A stretch of DNA of 64,000 nt from Lingula anatina. Lineage: Eukaryota; Animalia; Brachiopoda. The DNA lies in NCBI GenBank assembly GCA_051362555.1, contig CM120641.1:36710401-36774400 (forward strand), in the 5' to 3' direction. The position numbers were made by a program, and so were the translations under genes. Positions 25,274 to 39,600 of the stretch are shown here, one piece after another. Every line of letters begins with the position of its first letter. Position 1 is the first letter of the stretch. The notes below the pieces were generated by a model. It made no database searches. It was not told the origin of the DNA and saw nothing but the letters and a program-made list of their open reading frames with translations.

Positions 25274-26154
25274 CTCTGGTTCTCGGTATTTTCAGTGCTG
25301 GGCGGGATCAAATATCGTTTTCTGAAACAAAGTTAGACCATGGGGTGGGGTAAAGATTGCCATCCAAAATAAAAAATTAATTTGATATTGCAGTAGTAGA
25401 ATGGAGGCCTTTGTTGCGTATATGCCAAGAAAACTGTTCCAATAGTTGGCTACAAAAAATTCCCAGGATTGGGATCATTTATATGCCTTTTAGGACTTAT
25501 ATTAAAAAACTGAAGTGTCAAAAAGCAAAAACGGAAAATGGGCTTCATTAAGATGTCGTTTGTCCATTAAAATGTATCTGTAGGACTGACATTAATCATA
25601 GCATTTTGCATCCCATATTTTCAAAATCACTTGAGCTATCGCAATGCCCAATTTTCGGGAGGTAATGAGTATTTTGAAAGGATTCGATGAATTTTTAGGT
25701 CGTCAGCTTTTGTCAGTTTTGCCAAAAAAAAAAAAAAAAAGATAATGAAAACTTTAAAATTAATATTTCTCTAACAAAATCTATAGAATTTTAAAATTTG
25801 ATTATAGGATTTATTACTTTTTATCTGTTACACTAAAATTCATTCTGTTTGGTCAGTTATTTAAGGATTTTACGGAATTGCCATCTAAAATTTTATTTCA
25901 AAGTATTCTGTTCCTCTAAATGGCTAATTCAATATTCTACCAAAGTGTATGTAAACCTTATATTTCGTTTAGTTTGCATTTTTTTAAAGTGAAAAACATG
26001 CCCAAAATGTGCTAGAGGAGCGCTCTTATTAAAGTTGTTCTGTATTTTTGTACATTTTAATTTTATCGGGAGCAAGACAGGATTAGTTAGATATCAGTCC
26101 TGCTTTCCCATGTTTTTTGTGCATGGTGTCATCACTGAAAACCGAGAACCAGAG
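25274..26154. mobile_element. ~880-bp non-autonomous DNA transposon
   Basis: Terminal inverted repeats CTCTGGTTCTCGGT(A)TTTTCAGTG (25274) and CACTGAAAACCGAGAACCAGAG (26133-26154); TTAA present on the right side only. Confidence 0.65.
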
Positions 26155-28043
26155 TTAATTTTATGTGAAGTACACTAATTTTTGCGTAACCTTTTTAAGT
26201 TTTGTTTGTATACTATTCTAAATTTGTCTAAGACTTGGATAATCTTGTAAACCGTCTATGTTTTTATGTCGCTTCGGATTCCCTTGCTTTGCAAATGTAA
26301 ATTTTCATCCACAGTTACGGCTATATGATACCTATTTTCGGATTTAGTGCAAAGTAAACATAATTTTAGAAAATCGGTTGGCAAACAACCAGAAATCTTA
26401 CAAGCATGAAGAAAATTTGGTTACTGTTCGATTTGGTTTGCAAATATCAACAAGACCACATAGGGCGCGTGTGCGCTCGTATGCGCGTGTGCGTTAGTGC
26501 ATGAATGACGCTTACAGCAGATAATATGCATTTTTAAAATTGTTACAACCGTTGAATTTGGACGGAAATGTTTTTTATATAATTCAATGAAGACAAGACA
26601 CTAATGTCAACTTCGACAAAAAGTTGCCAAGTAGCCTATATACTGTGAAAAAATCCCTTTTGTCTATAATTAGTTCTTGTCAAATTTAAGTCTTTCAAAT
26701 GTCACGATCTTGAATTTTTCTTATTTCAAAAATAAAAGGATTCCGTTTTTAGTAACAATGTTTAAAATCTTCGACTTGTTTTACTTACAGATGTATTGGC
26801 TTACTGTCTTTTCTCGGTTTAATTTTAAGTTATGTTAATTTAAAGCACAAATGTTATATTACCATTATTTTTTGTAAAAATTTTAACGCTGTAAATAATT
26901 TTGACAATGATAAAAGTACAAATGCTTTACTTCGTTCAAAACTTTCAAAAGTAATTTCACATTTTCTACATCACTGCAATCCCTATATCTCCTGCTTACT
27001 ATTCTCCCGTCCTATCTACTGAGCCACTGACTCGACTTGTCGGACATTTCGTTTTGATTTTGTTTTGCAAAAGGTAATTCGCTTGGATCCAGAAACGCCA
27101 GGAATCGAACCCTTGACCTGCTGACTCCGAGTTTTATCCACTCTCCTTAGTATTCCCACCCACCCTCGTCTGGTAGACTTTTATTTTATAGTAACTAGAG
27201 GGAATTTTAAGAGACCCTCTGGAAAAGAATTTAATATGTTCCAAGTACCCCACCCTAAGGGTTTCGCCAAGCCAAAAAAAAAAAAAAAAAAAAAAACGCT
27301 ATGCCATTTTGCATAAAATTAAAAAAGGTTTTTATTTGGAGCAGAATAAACTGCTGATGTATTCTCATATTTTCAGACATCACTGGTTTTGAATATTCAG
27401 ATACGTAAAACAAATATATTGGTATCTGCATTAAGAGTGGCTCAAGTCTGATTTGATAAATAAACTTTCTAATAAACTACTTGACTAATGTTTGATCTTG
27501 TTATAAAATTAAATATTTTTTCAGATGAAATGACAATCAGGTCTTCTGATTTCATTTTAAAAAAAAACAACGGCAGATCTAGTAGCTGTCTCACCCCGCT
27601 CCACCGCAGGAAAAAAATGAAAGAGACTCTGATATCACACAATTTTTTAAGTCACAAAAATACTCCAAATTGCCAAGAATTTGAAAATGTGACACCCTTT
27701 TAAAATTTTATGTATCTGCCATTGTTTTTGTTTTAATTTAACCATAAGGTGCTGTGGAATTTTTTCAGGATATGACTTTTCCTACATTTAACACGACATA
27801 AAATGTTATTGCTTGGAAGGAAAGACACAGTTTACTATATCTTGTAAAAAAATTGTCAAAAGCCGTTTGTGATATAATTTCAACATCAACCAACATCAAC
27901 CGACAGCAACCGATACGTTAAACTATACTATAAGAGATACACTACATGGGATGTGAAAAAATTCCAATAGAGACATTGATTACTGAAAAACGGCAACTGC
28001 AACATGTGTAATTATCAAATTTAGGCAAATTAGAGGGACAAAT

Positions 28044-28447
28044 CAGTGACGGACTTAGGTGACCCCTGACCCCACCCCCCCTTCGAGTTCTGAAAAAAAA
28101 TCACACCAACGGTCCCCTCTTGAAATCAGAATTTTGACAAGCTGAATCATAAAACACTGGACAAAATGGTAGTGGTATCTGGAATAAAAAGCACTGTTTA
28201 TAACAATTTACGCCTGTGAGGTGATCATTTGCAAATAAAAATACATGGAAATGGGGGTGGGACAACCTTTTTGATCAATGTTGTAGTTCTAACGAGTACC
28301 AAATGACACCGTTTGCCCCCTAAAATACCAACGGGCCCCGAACCCCACGCCAAGGGTTGGGGGGGTGGGGGCGGTCGGCTTCACATACGCAGACTCCCCC
28401 CCCCCCCCCACACACACACACTTCAAACAATCTTGGACCCGCCCTTG
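28044..28447. mobile_element. Degenerate MITE of the CAGTGGCGGA...TCCGCCCCTG type
   Basis: Ends CAGTGACGGA and ACCCGCCCTTG; internal CCCTCTTGAAAT.AGAATTTTGAC.AGCTGAATCATA is shared with 35343-35584. Confidence 0.6.
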
Positions 28448-31400
28448 AGATGAGAATTGTCAACAACCACCCTCTTCCCCTGGTGTTGAGTGTCGTGGAG
28501 ACATATCCATGGAAGACGGTTGTGTTATTTGTTGGAATAAAGCAATGCATAACAACGAGAGGTGGACATTAGTCATATCTTCATTCTTCATGTATTTTGA
28601 CCCTGAACATTTGTGAACAGTTCAGTCACAACCCCTCGTCTAAAATGAGCCGTGCTTGTTGTAATTTGCATAACAATGTGTTGCTCACCGAAGTGCGAGC
28701 AGTCCTTCAGGATACTCACTTCACAGTTGGACACAGTAGAGCGGAGACGCAACAGAATGTGTGGTGCAGTCGGAAGGTCGAGCTTTTATAAGACGTGGAA
28801 GCAAAATACATGTTTAGTAAGTATCACTACTTCTTCGATAACTCCGTTATGAAAAAACTAAAGGTACAGATGAATAGAAAAATTACGTCAAACATCTTTA
28901 ACGTAACTTTTTTCACTGTCATGCCCATCGTTACTTGCATGTCACTCGGAGAATGAGAAAATGTTTGTTTGGGACTTTACAGGTACAGGAGAAACGGTGC
29001 TTAAAATCTTAACTCTTTTTTATAGTTCTGTAAGAAAGTATGAATAGTGAAAAGACCATTCATGACTTGATTCAAAATGCTTTTTATGTAAATGTAAGCA
29101 TAGCCACAAAGAACACAGGCAAATTTAGATGATTATGCTTGTCACTGTGCTGTCACTGTGTGATAATTTGATTTACTTACATCCAAATCATATTAATAAA
29201 TTTGATATGTTATTCCAAGTCATTTTGCTAATAAGATATTTTGTGCATGTCCTTCTCCGAGAAAAGTAAAAATTATCTCCAATACGCGGCTGTACAATAA
29301 AGCGTTGCATCTAAAATGCGTGATTCAAAGCAATTATAGATATTATACATTCATTCTCAATATATAGGTCCATTTGAAGAAAACAGAAAAGTGAAAAGAA
29401 GTTAACATATATTTGCGAATTCTATTATTTTCTAAATCTCGAAGGTTTCAGCTGTTTTAGTAACGAAAGTTTTAAAAATAACAACCCTTTTGGATAATAT
29501 TTGCACGTTATTAATACTTACATAAGACTGACCCAAAAGGGGTATTACAAAATGTACGTTTATTTTACTGACAAAATTTGTCCTCAACCTCGAGTATATT
29601 TTTTCACAATGCCTGATTACTTTCTAGAGAATGCAGTGTTATAGTGTTCGTGTAACACATTTTACTTTGTCTAGTCACCATTACGCCTAGCTAATCATGG
29701 ATGTCACTGAATTGAAGTTTTTATTCAAATAAAATTAAAATGATTAAAATATTACAAAAACAAAACAACTGAAAATGATGGCCTGTGCCAAAAAGACGAC
29801 ATTTTGTTCTATTTTAAAAAACCTGGCATACCGCAAAAGTAGACGCAAGATATTTTTAGCCATTTAAAATAAACTTTCTTGACATTGTCTGTGACGTTAG
29901 ACATCATACTCACTTCCTGACAAGTTTTAGCTTTTCTAAACTAGATCGATTGGAGAGCTTGAGATGGTGCTGCGCACGACAGTAACGAAGGTTTTAAAAT
30001 TGAGTCCATTTTTTTTGATCGAGAACAGATAATGTAGTAATTGTATCTTTAATTTTTTAAGTTGATAAACTGATATAAGTAAAGTTCCACTTGGACAAAC
30101 AATTTTTCCGTTCGCTTACTTTTTATAAAATAAAAAATGTTAAATGGCTCTATATATTGAGAGTGAGTGATAACGCTCGATAGTACGCAACATCTTAGCG
30201 ACCATGCTTAAAACCCTATGCAATGGAAGAAGGTCATGCATTTAATATTTCTTATATTTTCAAGATAATTTAAATAGTTTTATTATTTATTATTTAAAAC
30301 TTATCACAAATCAGCCTGTGTTTTTGTTTTTTGTTTTGTTTTTTTTTTGGGGGGGGGGGCATTAGCTGAAATTTAATTTAACTTCGGACAAGCCAAAAAA
30401 AGCATTCACGCCATTACGATTATAAGTGCCCTTTCTTCTGTAAAATTACATGTATATGCACTTGCCATTTATTCAAAAACTGTAATCATTATTTTCTCTT
30501 TTCAGACGCTTAACCCCACCGAGTTAAAGCACACCATGCGCCTTCACGCAACATAGACTTCGGTGCACCTCAGGAACCCTACGACCATTTATTATACATT
30601 TATTATACATTTATTATATAAAAACTGAATAAATACTTTTGTTATTTCATGTTTTGGTTTTCATTGATAAAGACAGTAGTAATGGTAAGGGCGGGCGAAA
30701 AGGATCATATAGATGTGATAACCGTGTCAAATTCAATATACTACATTTATGTTTGCAAACATTGTCTCATTATCCATTTAGCAAGTTAAGACATTCTAAA
30801 TGTTCAAATTTTATTAATTTCGAAATACTGGGCACATATGCTTTAAACCCATTTAAATCTAAATATCTGTCGGCACTTTAGAAATTCAATCTCTAAGATA
30901 ATAATATATATTTATAAGATTTTCGAATTTATGAAATTAATTTGATCTTTAAACAATCTTGCTTTTTGAGCATTTTTAAGAATTCTATATTTAAATTATA
31001 GCAAGAGATTTTGGATCCTTTGGAAAAAAAATTCTGTCCCCCTTCATATAATTAAATGTGGTACCATACCATTTTGCCGGGTACTGGTCTGCTACCGCAA
31101 GTTGATTTATATACTTCATAAAAATATTTAAATTAATAATAAAAAAGAGAAACCTTTCACCAAGCAAATGGCAATAGATAAGCCTGATAATAAAAGATTG
31201 GACATTTTTCTACTCCTATTCTCTTCAAAAAGCTTGGCCTATATTTGAAACACTGCCGGATTCCTTCATGCAATTTTTTATCAATATGAAATGTCACACA
31301 GTTGAAAATGTGCAGTAAATAATGTACCACTTTTCTGAATTTTAAGATGCAATTATATACTTTCTCTGCCTGTCAAAATTAATACAGCCTTCTATTCAAA

Positions 31401-31511
31401 ATTTTGTGACATTGTCCTTTTTTCATTTTAATCATGTTCCCTTTGGTGTGTTATCCTGCACTTTTATTCCATTATTTTTTGTTTGCATTCTCGTTTCCAT
31501 TTCTTTAACAT

Positions 31512-32113
31512 GCCCCACCTGTCACCCCTCGAATCTGGAATGGACTCGCCCCCACCTGTCACCCGTCAAAATAGAATGGACTTTTCCCACCTGTCACCCC
31601 TCGAATTTGGAATGGACTCACCCCACCTGTCACCCCTCGAATTTAAAATGGACTCTCCCGACCTATCACCCCTTAAATGAAATGGACTCGCTCCACCTAT
31701 CACCCCTTAAATGAAATGAACTCGCCCCACCTGTCACCCCTCGAATCTTAAATGGACTCGCCCCACCTTTCACCCCTTAAATGAAATGAACTCGCCCCAC
31801 CTGTCACCCCTCGAATCTTAAATGGACTCGCCCCACCTGTCACCCCTCGAATCTTAAATGGACTCGCCCCACCTGTCACCCCTTGAATCTTAAATGGACT
31901 CGCCCCACCTGTCACCCCTTAAATGAAATGGACTCGCCCCACCTGTCACCCCTCGAATTTGGAATGGACTCGCCCCACCTATCACCCCTCGAATTTAAAA
32001 TGGACTCGCCCCACCTGTCGCCCCTTAAATGAAATGGACTCGCCCCACCTGTCACCCCTCGGATTTAAAATGGACTCGCCCCACCTGTCACCCCTCGAAT
32101 TTAGAATGGACTC
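31512..32113. repeat. Minisatellite of ~17 units, 36-bp and 34-bp variants
   Basis: Units GCCCCACCTGTCACCCCTCGAATCTTAAATGGACTC (36 bp) and GCCCCACCTGTCACCCCTTAAATGAAATGGACTC (34 bp), head-to-tail with no unique spacers. Confidence 0.95.
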
Positions 32114-33712
32114 GGCTCAACATGTGACCACTTAATTAATGTTTCTGTCTCCCCTTAAATTGAAAAAGTTCCACAACAAACTGAACACAATCATTTATTC
32201 CAAACAAACAAACGTAGATTTTTGAATGAAATTTTTTATTACACAAGGCAACTTTAACGACAGAAAATAATACTGAACGATATCAATTAATTTTTACATA
32301 TAGTAATGAACATGTTTTATGCAAGACTGTCCAAATAAACCTTATATGTCAATTTGTAGTATAAGGAAATATAATTGAGTACATATTACTAAAATAGCAT
32401 TTTTCTTGGTGCAGTTGTATGAGCAATAAGTTTTCACAAGCAAACTATAGGCTGGTTTTGCCCAGAAAAAATTACATTTAATAAAGAATGTAAAATTGCA
32501 CTGAAACTACTACAAAACATTTAAAATGACTATATTTTAATTTTAAATAAATATGCTCTGCTTTAAATTATGTGAAAATCGTTGAAAATTTCACATTCTA
32601 AACACGAATGGAATAATGGACAATTTTGTAAAGTATTTTACTTCCTTTTATCACAGTTTACGGTCTGAAATTCAGCGTAGTGACACATATAGAGCGAAAG
32701 ATAACTATCAGTGCAATATTGTATTAACAAATCTGTTGGTGCGATTGAGGAAGATAAGGATTTGCGCAACAAGATAAAAGTTAGAAATAAAAGAAAAAGA
32801 ATGGATTTTTGACAAGTGAAAATCGTGGTTTCAGATAGCGTTGGAATTTAATACATCTTTGTACTTTAATTCTATTCCTATGCATACTTTTACTTACATA
32901 AACCAATAGTTAAAAATTTAGTGTATACATATAGTGCGGTATAAGGTATGGACGGAGAATTGGAGAAATGAAATTGGCAGATTTAGACTTATTGCCATCT
33001 TTCTAACCGTGATCTCAACATGGAGACATGCATGTATATATGTTTTATTTCCAACTTAATTCAATTTCCATATTTGTTAATTTCAATTTACAAATATTTT
33101 AAAAAGCAATTTTTGAAAATTTTGGAAAAAATAAATTCTGATACACATTTTTTTGTTTAAATTAAAAAAAAAGCAAATACACAATTCAAAACGCTAGATT
33201 ACAGCTTCTGAAAATTTAGTACATTTTAACATTACTTTTACTTCTGTGTTCTTAAATAAAATCGAAAACTATCCAAAGAAGCGCATTTATTATTTTTTTT
33301 AAATGCTTGCCATTCACAAGTGTCAGAAAATATGACTTACAAATGGTTTCAAAAAAGTTAATTGATCCATTTCTGGGTAGCCTTTAAAAGCAAGAGGAAT
33401 CGATAACTGGATATAATTTTTTAAATAAAAAGATGTATTTCTGGGTATGATTTTTAAAACAATTTTGATCCATTTCTGAGTATAATTTACATTATTATAT
33501 GATCCATTCTGATTATGATTTAAAAACAAATGTGATCATTTTCTTTATATAATTTTAAAACATCGCTACCTGGGTATTATTTGAAAACGAAACCCAATGG
33601 CTCTTACTACTACATTTCTATATGTTAAAATCTTACACGTGGGCCTTAAATGTTTGAAAAATACAGGAACAAAACGTACGCTTATAACCATATTGCATGT
33701 GCAGTGTGAGTG

Positions 33713-33714
33713 TA

Positions 33715-33758
<44 letters not shown>
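33713..33758. repeat. (TG)n(AG)n microsatellite
   Basis: Direct reading. Confidence 0.9.
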
Positions 33759-35342
33759 CGTGTGTCCGTTGTCCGTGTGCATAAGTCTGCGCTCAAGTCA
33801 AGTTCCGAAACACTCCAGAAGACTTGGGGAGATCCCTCCAGATGCAATTAAGTACAGGATCTCGACAACGCAGTCAATTCTGAAATGTAAAAAATCGTTT
33901 CAATAACGATATTAAAATGATACTAATCAATATTCCAATGTAACAAAATACTAGCTAAGATTAAATTAACAGGAATGGAAATTGAAAAATATCGAATTAA
34001 AAAGGTAATGTACATGTAGTGCTCAAGACTAAAAATTCTTTGATGTTTCACAAGAAATTTCAATGAATGTTGTTTATTAATTTTAGCATACTGAAAACAA
34101 AGACAAGGATTTAAACGACCTACACAAATGGAAAATGTTCTTAAAGAAAAGCAATCCCCAGAAGATATGGGCAATGGCAGTACAAATAAAGCCAATCTTT
34201 TAAGTCTAGTAGGCTAATAATTGGATCAATAACTCATTTTTCTATGAAAAGGAAACTTCATTTGACAAATTATACAACAGCCTGTTTCAACTATATGAAA
34301 AAAAGACTCATGTTACTTTAAATCCCTGAAAATAGGTTATCACGCGTATATTTTCTAACATCACAAATTCTCTTATTTTTAAAGTGCTTTCTCACTTATA
34401 TCCTTCAACAGCCAACATGAAAAACATTTTTCTCAAGATAAATCGTAATATTACACATGCCAGTTTCTAATGTAGACATCTGGGACGGTAAACAAGAATA
34501 TATCAAATACAAATACGAATGAAGCACTTTCGAACAAAACTATTCAGGCGGCCCTTTGCGTACAGCGAATAGTAGGCCTACTGAAGTTACGGTATCCGGG
34601 CACCAGTAAGTGATATACTATTACTTTCGTCAAACTATTTATACGTCTATTCACAGCAAGCGTGTAGATTCTAGAGATTATCCACTACCCCAGAAAAACT
34701 GAAATTTCAGAACTGGCAAAAAATACAAGGCTGTAATTGCCCGCTAATATGAACTTGTCAATACAACAGAAATGTTGTCGGTGGTGCAAAGAACTTAATT
34801 ATAACCGACAAAGAAGCTTTTCAATCCATTTCACGGCCTTTCGAAATTTAATTCAAGCCTACAACAGAAACTTTTTAAACTCGAATTCGAACAGGGAAGA
34901 AGCAGGGAAAATTACTATGACAATAGCCGTACATACCGCATTATCAATTAACACGCATCAGACGTAACTGTATCGGCCTCACATCCACGTTTCATCCACC
35001 TTTTCAAGCCCTCAAGTTTTAACGCCGAATGAATTGTTCAGCTCTCCAACTTCGCCACATCTGTACCACGTCCTTCTCCCACAGTGGTCAGCTGCCAAGT
35101 GACCAGCCAAGAAGATAGTTCGCGCTGCGCTGTTCGGCTTATTGTTATGCAAATCACAAGAGGCATGATAAGACTGAGAAGTTGTTGTTGAAGTACTTCC
35201 TCAAAGAATGGTCTTACAGATTTATAAAAAAAAATCAAATTTTGTGACTTCTATATTGGCACAGATTATTTGACAAGTAGCTGTCACCAGTAGACTGTGA
35301 AATTCCAAGAGATCATGTTCCTATATATATTGCATGTCTGAC

Positions 35343-35584
35343 CAGTGGCGGATTTAGAGGGGGGGGTCAGGGCTGTCCTGACCCCCCTTCGATTTCTGGT
35401 ACCCTCTTGAAATTAGAATTTTGACTAGCTGAATCATAGTTCTAAACCGTACCAAATGGCACCCTTCTCCCTCTAAAATACCAATTTTTCGGGGCCCTTC
35501 ATCGGGCCCAAACCCACGCCAAGTTGGGGGGGGGGGGGGGTCGGCTTCGCATCCGCGGATCACATAATCCTGTATCCGCCCCTG
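35343..35584. mobile_element. ~240-bp MITE (hAT-like ends)
   Basis: TIRs CAGTGGCGGAT / ATCCGCCCCTG; TCTGAC on both flanks; related to 28044-28447. Confidence 0.75.
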
Positions 35585-35887
35585 TCTGACTTTCAAGAAC
35601 ATGAGGTTAATCACTGAAACTAGCGTATAGACAGATGCCCATTTTATCATTACATACTTAAGCACATATATATCTTTCCAAGAATAAATGTAAAAACGAT
35701 GCATTCTTCATTTCCGTATACAGTCGTATTCAGCAAATAATACATTGCTGAAATCATTGTTGGCATATTGAAGACGGATAATTCTAAAACCGTAACAGAC
35801 AGACCCGCAGTAACCATGAGGTTAGACGGGAAGTCATGCAAAAAAAGAAAAAAAAGGTTTAAGTCTGACCTTATACTTGACGCTTAA

Positions 35888-36211
35888 AGGGATAATAACT
35901 CTTCGTTTCAGCCGAAAAGTGAATTTTCCTGGAGTAAACAACAATTTTCCCATACTTACCAATGGTTAATGAATCCATTTTCACATTCAAAGTTAGTCCC
36001 TGTTTTTTTTCTAAAAAGTTTGGCCTCTTAAGAGATTTTAACAGAGTATAGCCATCAATGGAGGTCACCTACCCTAAAGACAAGCTCAGATATCAGAATA
36101 ATAGCTATAACTGCAATTTTTGTGGTAAAACAGAATATATTTCATTTCTATGAGTTATTCAGAATGTTTTTATTGTGAAATATAGATCTCATACGAAGAG
36201 TTATTATCCCT
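35888..36211. mobile_element. TTAA-flanked MITE (Kolobok-like), second copy
   Basis: Same TIRs and near-identical body as 19466-19804; TTAA at 35884-35887 and 36212-36215. Confidence 0.88.
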
Positions 36212-36647
36212 TTAATCATGCTTAAAGGTCACATTGAAAACTAGATAATTGTTCCAAAAATACCTTGTAGGCATGGTAAAAGAGTTTTAAGTGAGCTTCT
36301 TCTTCATTATTGCCAGTATTACCACTTGCACTGTTCATACAGATTGTTTTTCATTTTACACATATTCAAGTTGTGACTTTAAACTCCCGTAGCCTGTGCC
36401 AGAGACAGTTTATGAAAGTCCACATTAACCGCATCCCATAATTAAAAACTGTCCCTCATTATGTAGGTCACCAATCTATAATTTTTGTCAACGTTAATGC
36501 AATAAATGGATAATCGAGTGCCTTATTATCGTCAATTTTGTTTTTATTTATAAATTGTGATAGATGAGACGGCTTGCAACCACATTCTGAAACCAATTGC
36601 TTTTGTTGGCAGATTGATCAGTCGAAATAGCAGAATAAATCGCATTG

Positions 36648-36686
<39 letters not shown>

Positions 36687-39600
36687 AGAGTTTTGTAATG
36701 CAATGGGAAGAATAAACAACCAAATTTCACCTGTTTACACGGTAGGCAGAGAAATACTGTTGGTCTGGTTAGGAGTTCTTAAACACATTTTATATTGTTT
36801 TATGGCGGAATTAAGTGCAGTCTCGACATATTTAAATTTTGACCTGTACGAAAGAGAGCTTGTGCAAAGGCCATTAATCATTTTAAATGATGCAGAGACT
36901 TTGTTATATTACATATTTTCTTTATCTCTCTAATCTTGATCTTGCTTAGCATGAAAGTGTGACGTAGGCTACATCGTACTTCTAGCATTCCGAACACTTA
37001 TATTGTTACATGAGGGCCTTTTTTATCTTAACAAAAAATATATGACACACCTCTTCATTCCACTTAACAAACAGAGTGCTTGAAAACTTCACAGGTTTTT
37101 GTGTAAGTGGGCCATGTAATAGTCAGAAATATGATCGTCGCACTTAATATAAGTGATATAATTGGAATAGAAAATAATTAATGGTCGTTCGAGTTGGATT
37201 ATCTTTTCCTTTTCGTGGAATGAAACATGTGTGTATATATTTTTGTTAATACATCTGTAATTGTTAGAAGTCTGTCAATAAAATGATGAATAAAACCATA
37301 ACTAACTTCTAAAAGAAATACTGAAAAGCATCTTAAAAATTGTATCGAAATGAGAGATATTGACGCCCACATTTTACCTGCACCTGAAAAAAGGGTTCAA
37401 CACAGGTGTACATTAAACTGTTCCCGAAGCGTTCTTTTAGACTTTATCGCCCTACAGTGGTGATCTAGCAATCACTGCTCCTACGGTAATTCTTTTAGTT
37501 GCAATGCTGAGATCAATTACGACTAGACTTATAACTGTCTGTTATCTAGCTAGCTATTTCATATATTTATGAAGATAAAGTTCCTGCTAAAATATATACA
37601 TCGCCCTACAACTCACTCCTTATAAAAACACACCCTTCATAACAAGAAGAAAAATATTGGAAGGTTATTTTTCATCTTCAAAAACCGAGAACATGAATGT
37701 TTTGTGGTAAATCCATGTCTATATCATGAAAAAAGCGTGTGCACCATTCACCCGACATGTGGTTTCTCCATAAATCAAAACACAAGTGATCACTATGAGG
37801 ATAAAGGGCACTGTTTTCTGACAAAAAATCAGTGACTGTTTTAACGTTTGTGGTGCTCTTCTTGTGTATTGAAGAACCTTTACTCCTACGAGTATGCTAA
37901 CCATGTCCATTGTCTCTACACAGCTTTCCTTATATCCGGAAGTCAGCAGCATGCCTATCTATGGTGACAGGCGTGTCATAAGATGTGACACGCGTTGAAT
38001 AATGCATCGACACTCCGCAAAATGAGGACACCTCAAAGATTACTCAACCCGCCTTCTTTTTAATGTAGGATGATGGCTGTTTGTACACTTGTCGACTTGG
38101 TCCAAAAGGCGGGTGGTTTTTCAAAATTGGGACAGAGTTTCACAATATTGACAGAGTCAGACTTTTCCAACAGTGCCAGTAAGACTTCTTTCAGAAAACA
38201 CCGGTGTCAATCGCGGGGGGGGGGGGGGGGGGGGGGGGGGTATTCCCTTTTTTTACGCGAACAACCTAAATAAGGCTGAATGCATAGATAGATGCAAGCT
38301 CTTTTCTTCTAATAATTCCGTTTTAAAAGATAATCCTTTTTAATTTTTAATTCCTGGCATCATGTTTTATAAGCACTTTATTTCATTGTCTTGACTCAGA
38401 CTTCTTGAAAATGTGTTTTTAAACAGCACTTAGTGCCTAGTGAAAATGATATGAGCTGCTGAATTAATCCTGGGCAACAATTACAATTCCTTTCAAGTTT
38501 ATATCTCTCTTAATGCTCGGACTAATGACCACACCACCTAGGACAAGGCATAATAAAGTGCCCCACAGGTAGGCGAGGAGATACTAGTAAAGCTGATATA
38601 TGAAACGAACGGGTCACTGCGAGGAGCATTTCTTGACAAAGGACCCATCAACTCTCATCCTGCGGTACAGGTTAAGAGGTTCTACAGTGTCCAGCTCGTT
38701 AGACGAATGTCTGTCCCCTTGCTGCCCGCTGTTAGGAGCAGTCAAGGATGTGGGAACCATTTCCTAGCATTTTGGGAAATAAACCGGAATCGTTGATGAC
38801 ATTAAGCACGAATAAGATAAATCCCGTTGCTCTGAATCTTTGGCCTTTGCCGATCCTCTTTTTTTCTGCGAGAGATCACTTGTTATTTATTTGGTCTAAT
38901 GTGAGTTTGTAACACCTAGCAATAAATTTTGTTTCTTTAATTACCAATCCGTAGTTCTCACCTTCGGACTACTATAATTATTTATTCAAACCCAAGATGA
39001 TTCTCGCTCACCACCCCATCACCCTTTTTCTACCCCACACTCCATACCACCTGCATATACATTCTTTCTCAGATACAAATACCATCCGGCCTTGCTGAAT
39101 GTATAACTTATTTTGCTTTCAAGACACAACGCACATATTTCACCGCCAATTTAAACATTTAAACTGGTTCGCCCTCTGTACATCGCTGCCATGCTCACTT
39201 CTTAAAATATTTACACTTTATGTGATAGGACTGCGTACATTAAAAGAGGCCTCTATCCATGCGTCTCACGTATTAGAAAGCGACTTAATTTTTTTCCATC
39301 TTTTGCAATGAGGTTTTAAAGATTGGAGATAACCTACAAGTCATAAAGTAATATATCATTACCACATAGATTGACCCAAGACGGTAGAAAAGCCATGTAT
39401 GAATTCCAACCAGATAAAAAATGTATCAGTTTTTTTAAATGTTACAGTAGTCAAAAAGACACCCCTTGTGCGAATATGATATTACTACATATGCGTCTTG
39501 TTGAGCGCTAAGAAAGATATAAATCCCTGATCCCCGTGGCATGCTATCGTCTTAGGTGACACGTTTGGGCTGTCAGGTGTACAATAAACATTAGCGGTGA

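Noticed and set aside
27090-27145. tRNA B-box-like GGTTCGATTCC on the minus strand
   Set aside because: No cloverleaf can be folded; at most a decayed SINE head.
28597-28852. ORFs and a GTAAGT donor suggesting a distal exon
   Set aside because: No homology or acceptor support; it cannot be tied to a gene.
31512-32113. CRISPR-like array, and the repetitive ORFs 31406-31714, 31483-31680 and 31923-32135
   Set aside because: The units have no unique spacers, there are no cas genes and the context is eukaryotic. The ORFs are translations of the minisatellite.
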